64,000 nt of DNA from Armatimonadota bacterium. GTDB lineage: Bacteria; Armatimonadota; SYMT01. The translations under genes and the position numbers were made by a program. How positions within the stretch are numbered: the stretch's first letter is position 1; the number at the start of each line of letters is the position of its first letter. The stretch is taken from positions 32,001 to 96,000 of the forward strand of contig JBKBRF010000019.1 in NCBI GenBank assembly GCA_046292385.1. Reading direction: 5' to 3'. The notes beneath the pieces were generated by a model. The model searched no databases, was not told the origin of the DNA, and saw only the letters and a program-made list of their open reading frames with translations. Shown piece by piece: positions 29,476 through 38,676 of this stretch.

Positions 29476-30546
29476 ATGGACGTTCGCCCAGATACCTCCG
29501 GGGCGGTCGACACGCCGGTTCACCGGGACCGCGTCACCGTCGTGCTGCCTACCTACAACCGGCGCGCCAGCCTGCTGCGCTGCCTGGAGGCGCTGCTCGC
29601 CTGCGACCGGCGCGGGGTCGAAGTGACGGTGCGGATCGTCGACGACGGCTCCACGGACGGCACCGAGGCGGCCGTCCAGGAGCTGCGGGAGCGGTGCCCG
29701 GAAGGGTTTACGCTGGTCTACCACCGGCAGCGCAACCAGGGGCCGAGCGCGGCCCGGAACCTGGCGATCCGCGAGTCGGAGACCGACCTGATCCTCTTCA
29801 TCGATGACGACTGCATCCCGGAGCCGGGCTGGATTTCCGCGCTGGTAGGAGTGGACTGGGACGCCGGCGTGGGCGCCGCGGCGGGACGCATCGTCTCGCC
29901 GGAGCAGTCGTCGTGGGTCTCCCGCTACTGCCGCCACATCGGGTTCAACGATTTCCCGCCCCGGAGCGGCGTGGTGACCTTTGCGAACACTGCCAACTGC
30001 GCCTACCGGCGAGCTGCGCTGTTGGAGGTGGAGGGCCTGGAGGAGCGGGTCTCCGGCGGCGGGGAGGACCAGGACCTCACCCATCGGGTGGTGCTGCTCG
30101 GCTACCGCCTGGCCTACGCTCCGAACGCGGTGGTGCGGCACTTCCACCGGGAAAGTTTTCGGGTGCTGGCGCGCACCTTCTACCACCGCGGCTACCGGAT
30201 GACGATGCGGAAGATCCTGTGGGGACGGCAGGCGCATCCCTCGTGGAAGTGGCTGAAGAAGGAGCTGATCTCGCTCGGACAGGTCGTCGGCACCGTCCGG
30301 AGCGTCCGCGCGGAGGCGCGCCGGCTGCGGGGTGAGGGGATCGAGGCGGGAGACGCGCTCCGCTTTGCCTGGATGGACTGGCTCCGCGAGACTCTCCTGC
30401 AGGCCGGGAAGATCCGGATGATGCTCCACATTCTCCGCGGCAAGCAGCAGGTTGCGCGGACGAGCCGCGGAGTGGCCGGCGACCTGGAGGCGGCGCTGGC
30501 GGCGCGCGCGCCGGGGCAGCTGGTCTCCGGAGAGTCTCATCCATGA
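29476..30546 (+). CDS. Glycosyltransferase family 2, paralog 1
   Basis: VVLPTYNR, VDDGSTD, GPSAARN, FIDDD and GEDQDL motifs. Confidence 0.92.
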   Translation: MDVRPDTSGAVDTPVHRDRVTVVLPTYNRRASLLRCLEALLACDRRGVEVTVRIVDDGSTDGTEAAVQELRERCPEGFTLVYHRQRNQGPSAARNLAIRESETDLILFIDDDCIPEPGWISALVGVDWDAGVGAAAGRIVSPEQSSWVSRYCRHIGFNDFPPRSGVVTFANTANCAYRRAALLEVEGLEERVSGGGEDQDLTHRVVLLGYRLAYAPNAVVRHFHRESFRVLARTFYHRGYRMTMRKILWGRQAHPSWKWLKKELISLGQVVGTVRSVRAEARRLRGEGIEAGDALRFAWMDWLRETLLQAGKIRMMLHILRGKQQVARTSRGVAGDLEAALAARAPGQLVSGESHP

Positions 30547-31544
30547 GCAGCCTCGACCTCTCCCGCGTCACGGTGATCGTGCCGACCTACAACCGCGCGG
30601 CGAGCCTCCGCCGCTGCGTGGAAGCGCTGCTCCGGTGCGATCCCGGCGGGGCACAGGTGGAGCTGCGGGTCTCCGACGATGGCTCGACGGACGACACGGA
30701 GGCGGTGGTCGCCGATTTGAAAAGGGCCGCACCTCCCGCGTTCCGGGTTCACTACCACCGGGGGGAGAACGGCGGCCAGTCGGCGGCGCGGAACCGTGCC
30801 ATCGCCGCCTCCGATACCGACGTGCTGCTCTTCACCGACGACGACTGCGAGCCGGACCGCGGCTGGATCGCCGCGATGCTCCGCGCCGGCTGGCACCCGG
30901 GCCTGGGGGCGGTCGGCGGCCACCTGGTGGCGGCGGCGCGCGGCAACCGGGTCTCCCGCTACTGCCGGTACATGCGCTACAACGAGTACCCGCCGGACGA
31001 CGCGCCGCCCCGGTTCGTGAACAGCGCCAACTGCGCCTACCTGCGCAGCGCGCTGGTGGAGCTGGGCGGCTACGAGCAGCTCCTGCCGCGGCTGGTGGAC
31101 CAGGACCTCGGCCGCCGCATCGCCCTGGCGGGGTACGAGCTGCGCTACCAGCCGGAAGCACGGGTGGACCACCACCACCGGGAGAGCGTGCGCGTGCTGG
31201 CGCGCGACTACTGGCGCCGCGGCTATTCCAGCATCCTGCGCAACGTAATCTGGGACGCCGAGCTGCCGATTACCCCGGCGCGGATCCGCAGCGAGCGCCG
31301 GACCCTCTACCGCCGCGGCGCGCGGATGCTCCTCGCGCTGCCATTCGAGGTGGTCAAGCTGCCGTTCCAGGGGGTCGCGGTGGGGGACGCGCCGCTCTTC
31401 GCCTACCTGAACTGGCTGCAGTGGGTGCAGGGCCGCGCGGGCCAGATCGCGGTGATGGAGGCGATCCTGGCGGGGGAGCAGTCGACCACCCGCACCGCGC
31501 GCGTGGCGGTTGCGGCAGAATCGGCGGGAGCGGCGTCCTCATGA
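30543..31544 (+). CDS. Glycosyltransferase family 2, paralog 2
   Basis: VIVPTYNR, DDGSTD, SAARN and FTDDD motifs; ATGA overlap with the upstream gene. Confidence 0.92.
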   Translation: MSSLDLSRVTVIVPTYNRAASLRRCVEALLRCDPGGAQVELRVSDDGSTDDTEAVVADLKRAAPPAFRVHYHRGENGGQSAARNRAIAASDTDVLLFTDDDCEPDRGWIAAMLRAGWHPGLGAVGGHLVAAARGNRVSRYCRYMRYNEYPPDDAPPRFVNSANCAYLRSALVELGGYEQLLPRLVDQDLGRRIALAGYELRYQPEARVDHHHRESVRVLARDYWRRGYSSILRNVIWDAELPITPARIRSERRTLYRRGARMLLALPFEVVKLPFQGVAVGDAPLFAYLNWLQWVQGRAGQIAVMEAILAGEQSTTRTARVAVAAESAGAASS

Positions 31545-32599
31545 ACAGCGTACCCGTCCAGGACGCGGAGGGGCTCCGGGCAGAAGTCCCGGACCTCCGG
31601 CGGATCACCGTCGTCCTCCCTACCTACAACCGCGCGGAGAGCGTGCGGCGCTGCGTGCTCGGCATCCTCGCCTGCGACGTCGAGGGGCTGGAGGTCGAGC
31701 TGCGGGTGGTGGACGACGGCTCACCGGACAACACCGCGGAGGTGATCGAAGAGGTGCGGCGGCGCTACGACGGCCCGATCCGCCTGGTCTACGACCGCCA
31801 GCCGAACGCGGGCCAGTCGTCCGCGCGCAACCGCGCGATCCGCGCGGCGGAGACCGACGTGCTGCTCTTCATCGACGACGACTGCGTTCCGGATCCCGGC
31901 TGGATCCGCGGGCTGGTGAGCGCGGACTGGTCGCCCGGCGTCGGCGCGGTCGGCGGCAGGCTCGTCGCCGCGCAGAAGGGCAACTGGATCTCCGACTACT
32001 GCCGCTACATCCGCTACAACGAGTTCCCGCCGGACGACGGGCCGCTCACCTTCGTCAACAGCGCCAACTGTGCCTACCTGGCCCGCGCCCTGCAGGAAGT
32101 CGACGGCTACGAGTGCTCTCTCCCACGCGGAGTCGACCACGATCTCGGCTGGCGGGTGATGCTCGCCGGCTACCGGATGCTCTACCAGCCGGAGGCCGTG
32201 GTGCATCATTTCCACCGGGAGAGCCTGCGAGTGGTGCTCAAAGACTGCTGGACCCGCGGCGCTTCCAACACGGTGCGGTCGCAGCTCTGGGCCAGCGGCA
32301 AGCCGGTGACGCCGCTGCGCCTATTGCGGGAGTACTGGGTGCTGGCGCTCTCGCTGCTCGACCTGCTGGCGCTGCCGTGGCAGATGGCGCAGATCGCGCG
32401 GGAAGGCGTGGCGCCGCGCAACTGGCTGCCGTACGCGCTGCTGGGATGGACCCGCCGCGCAGCCGGCCGCTGTGGCAAGATATCGATGCTGCGCCGCATC
32501 CTCAAAGGGCGCCAGCCGCTCCAGCGCTCCTCCCGGGTCGTCAAGCGTGTCCCGCCGCCACCCCACGCGCCGCACTGGGTCCGCGCCAGCCGGGAGTAA
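31541..32599 (+). CDS. Glycosyltransferase family 2, paralog 3
   Basis: VVLPTYNR, VDDGSPD, SARN and FIDDD motifs. Real start is ATG 31541 (ATGA overlap), not 30452. Confidence 0.9.
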   Translation: MNSVPVQDAEGLRAEVPDLRRITVVLPTYNRAESVRRCVLGILACDVEGLEVELRVVDDGSPDNTAEVIEEVRRRYDGPIRLVYDRQPNAGQSSARNRAIRAAETDVLLFIDDDCVPDPGWIRGLVSADWSPGVGAVGGRLVAAQKGNWISDYCRYIRYNEFPPDDGPLTFVNSANCAYLARALQEVDGYECSLPRGVDHDLGWRVMLAGYRMLYQPEAVVHHFHRESLRVVLKDCWTRGASNTVRSQLWASGKPVTPLRLLREYWVLALSLLDLLALPWQMAQIAREGVAPRNWLPYALLGWTRRAAGRCGKISMLRRILKGRQPLQRSSRVVKRVPPPPHAPHWVRASRE

Positions 32600-32625
32600 C
32601 CGGCCCGCGGATGAGTGGGAGCGTC

Positions 32626-32743
32626 CAGGTTCCAGCTTGCAGGTTGGCAGGTTGCAAGTCAGCTCCCCGTGGGGCGGGGTTCCAAACCTGCAACCTGCCA
32701 ACCTGCAACCTGTTAACACCCGCGAGAGTTAACACCCGCTAGA
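32626..32743. repeat. Inverted CAACCTG repeat arrays plus a 16-bp tandem duplication
   Basis: CAGGTT/GCAGGTTG units on the left, AACCTGC AACCTGCC AACCTGC AACCTG on the right; then GTTAACACCCGCGAGA GTTAACACCCGCTAGA. Confidence 0.75.
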
Positions 32744-32778
32744 GGCAGCGTGGTGCGTCAGTAAGATCAGACTATCGA

Positions 32779-33843
32779 ATGCGAATCCTCTACGTCGGAC
32801 GGAACGCCAGCATCGGCGGCGGCAGCACCTTCCGCCTCAACATGGGGCGCGGAATGAAGGCCCTGGGGCACGAGGTGTCCATCGCGACCTTTGGCGGGCC
32901 GATGGCGGCTCGCTGGGTGAAGGCCGGGCTCCGCTTCTACTGGGTGCCGCCGTTCCGGATCTTCTCGGGCATGGTCGAGCGGGTAATGCGGCGGGAGCGG
33001 ATCGAGGTGGTGCACGCCTCCAACACCACCGCCGGCGACCGCGCCCTGCTGGCCTGCCGCCGCGCCGGCCTGCCGCTGGTGCTCTCGCTGCATAACACGA
33101 TCAGCAACGAGGAGGCGAAGCACCAGTGCCTCAAAGAGGCGCGGCGGATCGTGGTCTTCGACGACGGCGCCGCCCAGAGCGCGGGGAAGTTCACCTCGGA
33201 GTTCGACACCAGCAAGATCATCCGGCTGCCCCGGCCGGTGGAGCATCGTCCGCTCGACCCGGAGCGCCTGTCGCCGCACCACGTCGCCTACGTGGCGCGG
33301 ATGAGCAGCCGGAAGGGCCGCGTGGCGCTGAGCCTGCTGGAAGGTTTCCGCGCCTACGCGAAGGAGTACCCGCAGGCCCGGATGACCCTGATCGGAGACG
33401 GCTCGCTGCGCGGGGAGGTGACCCGGCGCGCGGGGGAGATCTCCCGAGAGACCGGCTGCCGCATCGACGTCCACGGTCCCGTCCTCGACCCCGCGCCGCT
33501 GCTCGCCGGCGCGGGCCTGCTGGTGGGCGCGGGCTACGCGGCGCTGGAGGCGGCGATGCAGGGCCGCGCGGTGCTGGGGGCGGGCTTCAACGGGTACGGC
33601 CTGGTGACCGCCGACGCGGTGGAGGAGGCGGTCGCGGCCAACTTCGGGGACACCGTCGGCGGGTGGGAGATGACGCCGGAGAACATGCGGCAGGCGCTCC
33701 TGACGGTGACGAGAGCGTGGGACCAGCCCGCCGAGCGCGCCCGTTATTGGGGACTCGACCGGGTGCTGGCGCCGATCCACGCGATCGAGAACGTGGCGCC
33801 GCGCCTGGAGGCGGTCTACCGGGAGGTGCTGGAGCGCGCATGA
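32779..33843 (+). CDS. Glycosyltransferase, GT-B fold (GT4-like)
   Basis: MRILYV...IGGG, GHEVSI, EVVHA, LIGDGSLR and ALEAAMQGRAV motifs. Confidence 0.8.
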   Translation: MRILYVGRNASIGGGSTFRLNMGRGMKALGHEVSIATFGGPMAARWVKAGLRFYWVPPFRIFSGMVERVMRRERIEVVHASNTTAGDRALLACRRAGLPLVLSLHNTISNEEAKHQCLKEARRIVVFDDGAAQSAGKFTSEFDTSKIIRLPRPVEHRPLDPERLSPHHVAYVARMSSRKGRVALSLLEGFRAYAKEYPQARMTLIGDGSLRGEVTRRAGEISRETGCRIDVHGPVLDPAPLLAGAGLLVGAGYAALEAAMQGRAVLGAGFNGYGLVTADAVEEAVAANFGDTVGGWEMTPENMRQALLTVTRAWDQPAERARYWGLDRVLAPIHAIENVAPRLEAVYREVLERA

Positions 33844-35069
33844 ACCAGCCGAGCGGCTCGGACGGCGACGCGCCCCGCGTCTTGATGGTCCTGAAGCGCG
33901 CCGGCGGCTACGGCGGGCTCCAGATGCAGGCGCGGCGGGTGGCGGTTCGGATGGCGGAGCGGGAACTGCCGGTCTCGATCGTGGCCCACACCCGGCGGCC
34001 GCTGACGCGGTCGCCCCGCTGGGCACGGCAGGTCTCCACGACCTTTCTCCAGGCACCGGAGCAGTGGAGCTTCGCCTGGAGGCTCTACCGCTACCTGTGC
34101 AGTCACCGGGAGAGCTACGACCTGGTCCACGTCCACGGCTTTGGGCTCGAGACGTTTGCGGCGATGGCCGCCCGGCAGCAGACCGGCCGGCCGCTGGTGG
34201 TGAAGCCGAGCGTGGCCGGCCCCGGCACCAAGCTCCACACCTACCGCCGCTTCTTCAAGCAGCTTCCCGTGCTGCAGCGCTGCTGGTCGCCGGTCGACCG
34301 CTGGGTCAGCATCAGCGAGGAGACTGCGGGCGATCTCCTGGGAATGGGGGTGCCGGAGAGCCGCATCGCGCGGGTGCCGAATGGCGTCGATACGGAGCGC
34401 TTCCGTCCCGCCGGCGAGGAGGAGCGCGCCCGGCTCCGGCGGCGATTCGGGGTGGGGGAGGGGGAGCGGGTACTCTGCACCGTGTCCCGCCTCCGGGGGC
34501 ACAAGCGGGTCGACACGCTCCTCGGTGCCTTCGCGGAGGTCAGCCGGAACGCCGGCCCGGCCCGCCTCTGGATCATCGGTAAGGGGCCGGAGCGCGGGCG
34601 GCTGGAGGCGCAGATCGCAGCCTCCGGGCTTTCGAGGCGCGTGGAGCTTCTCGGAGACTGCCCGCCGCGCCAGGTGGCCAGGCGGCTGCGGGCCTCCGAC
34701 GCGTTCGGCCTGCTCTCCGACTGGGAAGGCCTTCCCAACGCGCTGCTGGAGGCGATGGCCTGCGGTCTGCCGGTGCTCGCGACACCGGTGAGCGGCAGCG
34801 TGGACGTGGTGGAGGATGGCGTGACGGGGCGGCTCGCGGCGCGCGACGATGAGCCGGCGCTCCGCGCCGCGCTCCGCGAGGTGCTGTACGACGAGGAGGC
34901 GCGGCGCCTGGGGAAGTCGGCTGCCGCGATGATCCAGGAGCGCTATTCGCTCGACGCCACTGTCGACCGCCTCCAGCGCCTCTACGCGGCGTGTCTCCCT
35001 GCCGGCTCCCTCTCGTCGGCGCGGCAGGAGAGCGGAGAGCGGTGTGCACTCGACCGGAGAGCCGGATAG
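33840..35069 (+). CDS. Glycosyltransferase family 4
   Basis: DLVHVH, VPNGVDTERF, HKRVD and EGLPNALLEAMACGLPV motifs. ATG 33840 overlaps the upstream stop. Confidence 0.92.
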   Translation: MNQPSGSDGDAPRVLMVLKRAGGYGGLQMQARRVAVRMAERELPVSIVAHTRRPLTRSPRWARQVSTTFLQAPEQWSFAWRLYRYLCSHRESYDLVHVHGFGLETFAAMAARQQTGRPLVVKPSVAGPGTKLHTYRRFFKQLPVLQRCWSPVDRWVSISEETAGDLLGMGVPESRIARVPNGVDTERFRPAGEEERARLRRRFGVGEGERVLCTVSRLRGHKRVDTLLGAFAEVSRNAGPARLWIIGKGPERGRLEAQIAASGLSRRVELLGDCPPRQVARRLRASDAFGLLSDWEGLPNALLEAMACGLPVLATPVSGSVDVVEDGVTGRLAARDDEPALRAALREVLYDEEARRLGKSAAAMIQERYSLDATVDRLQRLYAACLPAGSLSSARQESGERCALDRRAG

Positions 35070-35120
35070 ACTTACACCGCCCTGCACTCGCACCGAAGGC
35101 CGTACTGCGTCTCACTTTTT

Positions 35121-35208
35121 GAGTGGGCGCAAGGGAGAGCGGGGGAGCGAGAGAGAGCCTTGGCGGGACCGCGGTCGCCCACTCTCCATTGCTCCCATTC
35201 TCCCACTC
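35121..35208. repeat. Degenerate inverted octamer repeats (GGGAGAGT/ACTCTCCC-like)
   Basis: GAGTGGGCG..GGGAGAGCGGGGGAGCGAGAGAG versus CGCCCACTCTCCATTGCTCCCATTCTCCCACTC. Confidence 0.6.
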
Positions 35209-35258
35209 AGTCAAGCTGCCGGCCCCACGGATCGCAGGGGCCGTTGTATCAGTCCAGC

Positions 35259-35762
35259 ATGCCCCGCTCCACCGCCCAGAAGCTCGTCTCGCGCGAGCAG
35301 CTCTCGTCCCTCGGAGACCGGCTCCGCGCCGAAGGCCGGCGAGTGGTCTTCACTAACGGCTGCTTCGACCTGCTTCACGTGGGGCACCTGCGCTACCTGG
35401 CGCAGGCGCGGGAGCTGGGCGACGCGCTGGTGGTCGGCGTCAACACCGATGCCGGCGTGCGGCGGCTCAAGGGCCCGTCCCGCCCCCTCGTCAGCGAGGA
35501 AGAGCGCGCCGAGCTGCTGGCGGGGCTCGAATGCGTCGACTGGGTGACGCTCTTCGATGAGCCGACCCCGGTAGCGACGATCGCCGCGCTGCGGCCGCAC
35601 CTCCACGTGAAGGGCGGCGACTACCGGCCGGACGACCTACCCGAGGCGGAAGTGGTCCGGTCGTACGGCGGAGAGATCGCCATTATGCCGCTGGTGCCGG
35701 GGCGGTCCACCACCAGCCTCGCGGAGAAGATCCGGGAGACGGGGGAGAACGAGCAGAAATGA
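35259..35762 (+). CDS. rfaE2: D-glycero-beta-D-manno-heptose 1-phosphate adenylyltransferase (stand-alone HldE/RfaE domain II)
   Basis: VFTNGCFDLLHVGHLRYL, KGPSRP, VKGGDY and GRSTT motifs. Confidence 0.93.
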   Translation: MPRSTAQKLVSREQLSSLGDRLRAEGRRVVFTNGCFDLLHVGHLRYLAQARELGDALVVGVNTDAGVRRLKGPSRPLVSEEERAELLAGLECVDWVTLFDEPTPVATIAALRPHLHVKGGDYRPDDLPEAEVVRSYGGEIAIMPLVPGRSTTSLAEKIRETGENEQK

Positions 35763-36475
35763 AGGTGATGGGAGTCGTTCCCGCCCGGTATGCTTCCAGC
35801 CGGTTCCCGGGCAAGCCGCTCGCGGTGATCGCCGGAAAGACGATGATCGAGCACGTCTACCGGCGCGCCAGCGAGGCGAAGTCGCTCCAGGAGCTGTGGG
35901 TCGCCACCGACGACGAGCGGATCTTCGCCGCGGTGGAGGCGTTCGGCGGGAACGTGGTAATGACGCGCCCGGACCACCCGACCGGCACCGACCGGATCGC
36001 GGAGGCGGCCAGCGGCCTCGACGCGGAGGTGATCGTCAACATCCAGGGCGACGAGCCGCTGCTCGACCCGGGCGAGATCGACGCCGTGGTGGAGCCGTTC
36101 ACGACGGAGCCGGACGTGGTGATGTCGACCGCCGCCACGCCGATCAAAGACCCGCGCGACGTACAGGACCCCGGGGTGGTGAAGGTGGTGCTCGATCGCC
36201 GCGGCTTCGCGCTCTACTTCTCCCGCCTGCCGATCCCGTACTACCGCGCCGCCTCGGACGGCCGCTGGCTCAAGCACCTGGGGCTCTACGCCTACCGCCG
36301 CGACTTCCTGTTCACCTACGCCGCGCTGCCGCCCACCCCGCTGGAAGCGGCCGAGCGCCTGGAGCAGCTCCGCGCGCTGGAGCACGGGCACCGCATCCGG
36401 GTGGTGCTGACGGACCACGACGCGGTGAGCGTCGACACGCCGCAGGACCTGGAGCGGGTCCGGGCGCTCTTCTAA
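35759..36475 (+). CDS. kdsB: 3-deoxy-manno-octulosonate cytidylyltransferase
   Basis: PARYASSRFPGKPL, TGTDR, NIQGDEP, LYFSR, HLGLYAY, LEQLRALE and VDTPQDL motifs. Confidence 0.97.
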   Translation: MKVMGVVPARYASSRFPGKPLAVIAGKTMIEHVYRRASEAKSLQELWVATDDERIFAAVEAFGGNVVMTRPDHPTGTDRIAEAASGLDAEVIVNIQGDEPLLDPGEIDAVVEPFTTEPDVVMSTAATPIKDPRDVQDPGVVKVVLDRRGFALYFSRLPIPYYRAASDGRWLKHLGLYAYRRDFLFTYAALPPTPLEAAERLEQLRALEHGHRIRVVLTDHDAVSVDTPQDLERVRALF

Positions 36476-36485
36476 GGAACTCCCC

Positions 36486-37313
36486 ATGACTCCGTTTCAG
36501 ATCGGCGCGGTTGAAGTTGGCGGCCCCTCGCTCTGCGTCATCGCCGGGCCGTGCGTGATCGAAGACGAGGAGACCTGCCTGGAAGTCGGGCGGGCGATGC
36601 GCGACACCTGCGCGGAGCTCGGCTTCGGCTACGTCTTCAAGGCGAGCTACGACAAGGCGAACCGCACCAGCATCCAGTCCTTCCGCGGTCCCGGCCTGGA
36701 GCGCGGCACGGAGATCCTGGGCCGCGTGCGCGAGGCGCTCGGCACTCCCGCGCTGACCGACTTCCACGAGGCCGGGCAGGCGGCCCGCATCGCTCCGGCG
36801 GTCGACATTCTTCAGGTCCCCGCCTTCCTGGCCCGCCAGACCGATCTGCTGGTCGCCGCGGCGGAGACCGGCCGCGCCGTCAACGTCAAGAAGGCGCAGT
36901 TCATGGCGCCGTGGGACATGGGGCAGGTGGTCGGAAAGCTCCGGGAGGCCGGCTGCGACCGGATCCTGCTGACCGAGCGGGGGGTCTCGTTCGGGTACAA
37001 CACCCTGGTGGTCGACTTCCGCAGCCTCCCCCAGATGCGCGCCCTCGGGCACCCGGTCTGTTTCGATGTGACGCACAGCATGCAGCAGCCGAGCGGCCAG
37101 GGGAGCCAGTCCGGCGCGACCCGGGAATACGCGGGACACCTGGCGCGCGCCGCGGTAGCGGTGGGGATCGACGCGCTGTTCCTGGAAGTCCACCCGGAGC
37201 CCGCCCGCGCGAAGAGCGACGCCGCCGCCCAGCTCAACATCGAGGAGGCCCGCACGCTGCTCCGCCAGATCGCGAAGCTGCGGCAGGTGATGGGGGAGAT
37301 GCCGAACCTTTAA
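36486..37313 (+). CDS. kdsA: 3-deoxy-8-phosphooctulonate synthase
   Basis: IAGPCVIE, KASYDKANRTS, PAFLARQTDL, FDVTHS and AKSD motifs. The Cys in GPC suggests the metal-dependent class. Confidence 0.97.
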   Translation: MTPFQIGAVEVGGPSLCVIAGPCVIEDEETCLEVGRAMRDTCAELGFGYVFKASYDKANRTSIQSFRGPGLERGTEILGRVREALGTPALTDFHEAGQAARIAPAVDILQVPAFLARQTDLLVAAAETGRAVNVKKAQFMAPWDMGQVVGKLREAGCDRILLTERGVSFGYNTLVVDFRSLPQMRALGHPVCFDVTHSMQQPSGQGSQSGATREYAGHLARAAVAVGIDALFLEVHPEPARAKSDAAAQLNIEEARTLLRQIAKLRQVMGEMPNL

Positions 37314-37513
37314 GGGGATGAGGGGAGGGAACTGGGGATGGTGGGGATGGGCAGCCTTCCGAACCCAGAGTCCGACTCCTTCTCTTTCTCTTCCTCCGGC
37401 TCGGAGCCACACGGTACTCCACACCCCCGCGCGCAGCAACCGCCCTCGGCCTTGCGCTGCCCAGCCGTCAACGTCGGCATCACCCATCGCATGACTGAGA
37501 CCGGGATACGACC

Positions 37514-38497
37514 ATGCAGCCTGAATCGCGAGAAGAGCTGATTGCCGCCGGGCGCGAGGTGCTTCGCCAAGAGGCGGAGGCGATCTCCTCGCTCTCCGCC
37601 CGGCTGGGCGGCGCGTTCGCCGACGCGGTCTCGCTGATCGTCGAGGCGGGGGGCCGCGTGGTGGTGACCGGGATCGGGAAGTCGGGCGCGGTGGCGCGGA
37701 AGTCGGCCGCCACGCTCGCCAGCACCGGGACCCCGGCGCTCTACCTTCACCCGGCGGAGGGCGTCCACGGCGACCTCGGCATGGTGACCCGTCATGACGT
37801 GGCGGTCGCCCTCTCCTACAGCGGCGAGACCGACGAGATCCTGGCGATCCTGCCGGTGCTGAAGCGGCTGGGAGTGGGACTGATCGCCGTGACCGGCAAG
37901 CCGGGCTCCACCCTGGCGGAAGCGGCCGACGTGGTGCTCGACGTCTCCGTCGAGCGGGAAGCCTGCCCGCTCAACCTGGCGCCGACCACCTCCACCACCG
38001 CGATGCTGGCGCTGATGGACGCCCTCGCGGTGGCGGCGATGAGCGTGCGGCGGTTCACGAAAGACGACTACGCCCTCTTCCACCCCGCCGGCTCGCTGGG
38101 GCGCCGGCTGCTGCTGCGGGTGGGGGACCTGATGCGCCGCGGGGAGCGGGTGGCAGTCTGCTCTCCGGAAAGCTCCATCCGGGACGCGCTCTTCACCATC
38201 ACCAGCGCGCAGTCCGGCTGCGTCTTCGCGGTCGACGCGGACGGCGCCTACCTCGGCCTGCTCACCGACGGCGACATCCGCCGCCTGCTGCTGCGGGACG
38301 CCGCGGCGCTCGATCGGACCGTCTCCGAGGTGCTGAACCGGCGGGGCCGGTCCACCTCGCCGGAGCGGCTCGTCACGGAGGCGCTGGAGGTGATGCAGCA
38401 GCCGCCGGAGTGCTCCGAGCTGCCGGTGCTGGACGAGTGCGGGGTGCCGGTCGGGGTACTCAATCTCAAAGATATTGCACGCGCCGGCATATTCTAA
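37514..38497 (+). CDS. kdsD: Arabinose-5-phosphate isomerase (KpsF/GutQ family, SIS plus CBS)
   Basis: TGIGKSG, HPAEGVHGDLG, SYSGET, EACPLNLAPTTST and FHPAGSLG motifs; CBS pair. Confidence 0.95.
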   Translation: MQPESREELIAAGREVLRQEAEAISSLSARLGGAFADAVSLIVEAGGRVVVTGIGKSGAVARKSAATLASTGTPALYLHPAEGVHGDLGMVTRHDVAVALSYSGETDEILAILPVLKRLGVGLIAVTGKPGSTLAEAADVVLDVSVEREACPLNLAPTTSTTAMLALMDALAVAAMSVRRFTKDDYALFHPAGSLGRRLLLRVGDLMRRGERVAVCSPESSIRDALFTITSAQSGCVFAVDADGAYLGLLTDGDIRRLLLRDAAALDRTVSEVLNRRGRSTSPERLVTEALEVMQQPPECSELPVLDECGVPVGVLNLKDIARAGIF

Positions 38498-38676
38498 GTG
38501 GGAGACTCGGCTGCCGCGCGGGCCACGGCGAGCGACCCCGGGAACGACTGCCGACCGGGTCTTTCCAGGCGTGGCGAGCGGGCTTGCGGCGCCCCGGGGA
38601 CGGCCGCGCTTGGTTGTAAGCAGGGGGGTCGCGTGGTATACTCAGGCAAGTTTCCCGGCCCCTGGGAGGAGCCTGA

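Noticed and set aside
30452..35069. Apparently long GT fusion proteins (30452..32599 and 33126..35069)
   Set aside because: The N-terminal extensions are off-frame reads of the upstream genes. The real starts are the coupled ATGs at 31541 and 33840.
22040..37400. CRISPR array
   Set aside because: The repeats are 7-9 nt degenerate units or single inverted pairs, with no regular repeat-spacer structure and no cas genes.
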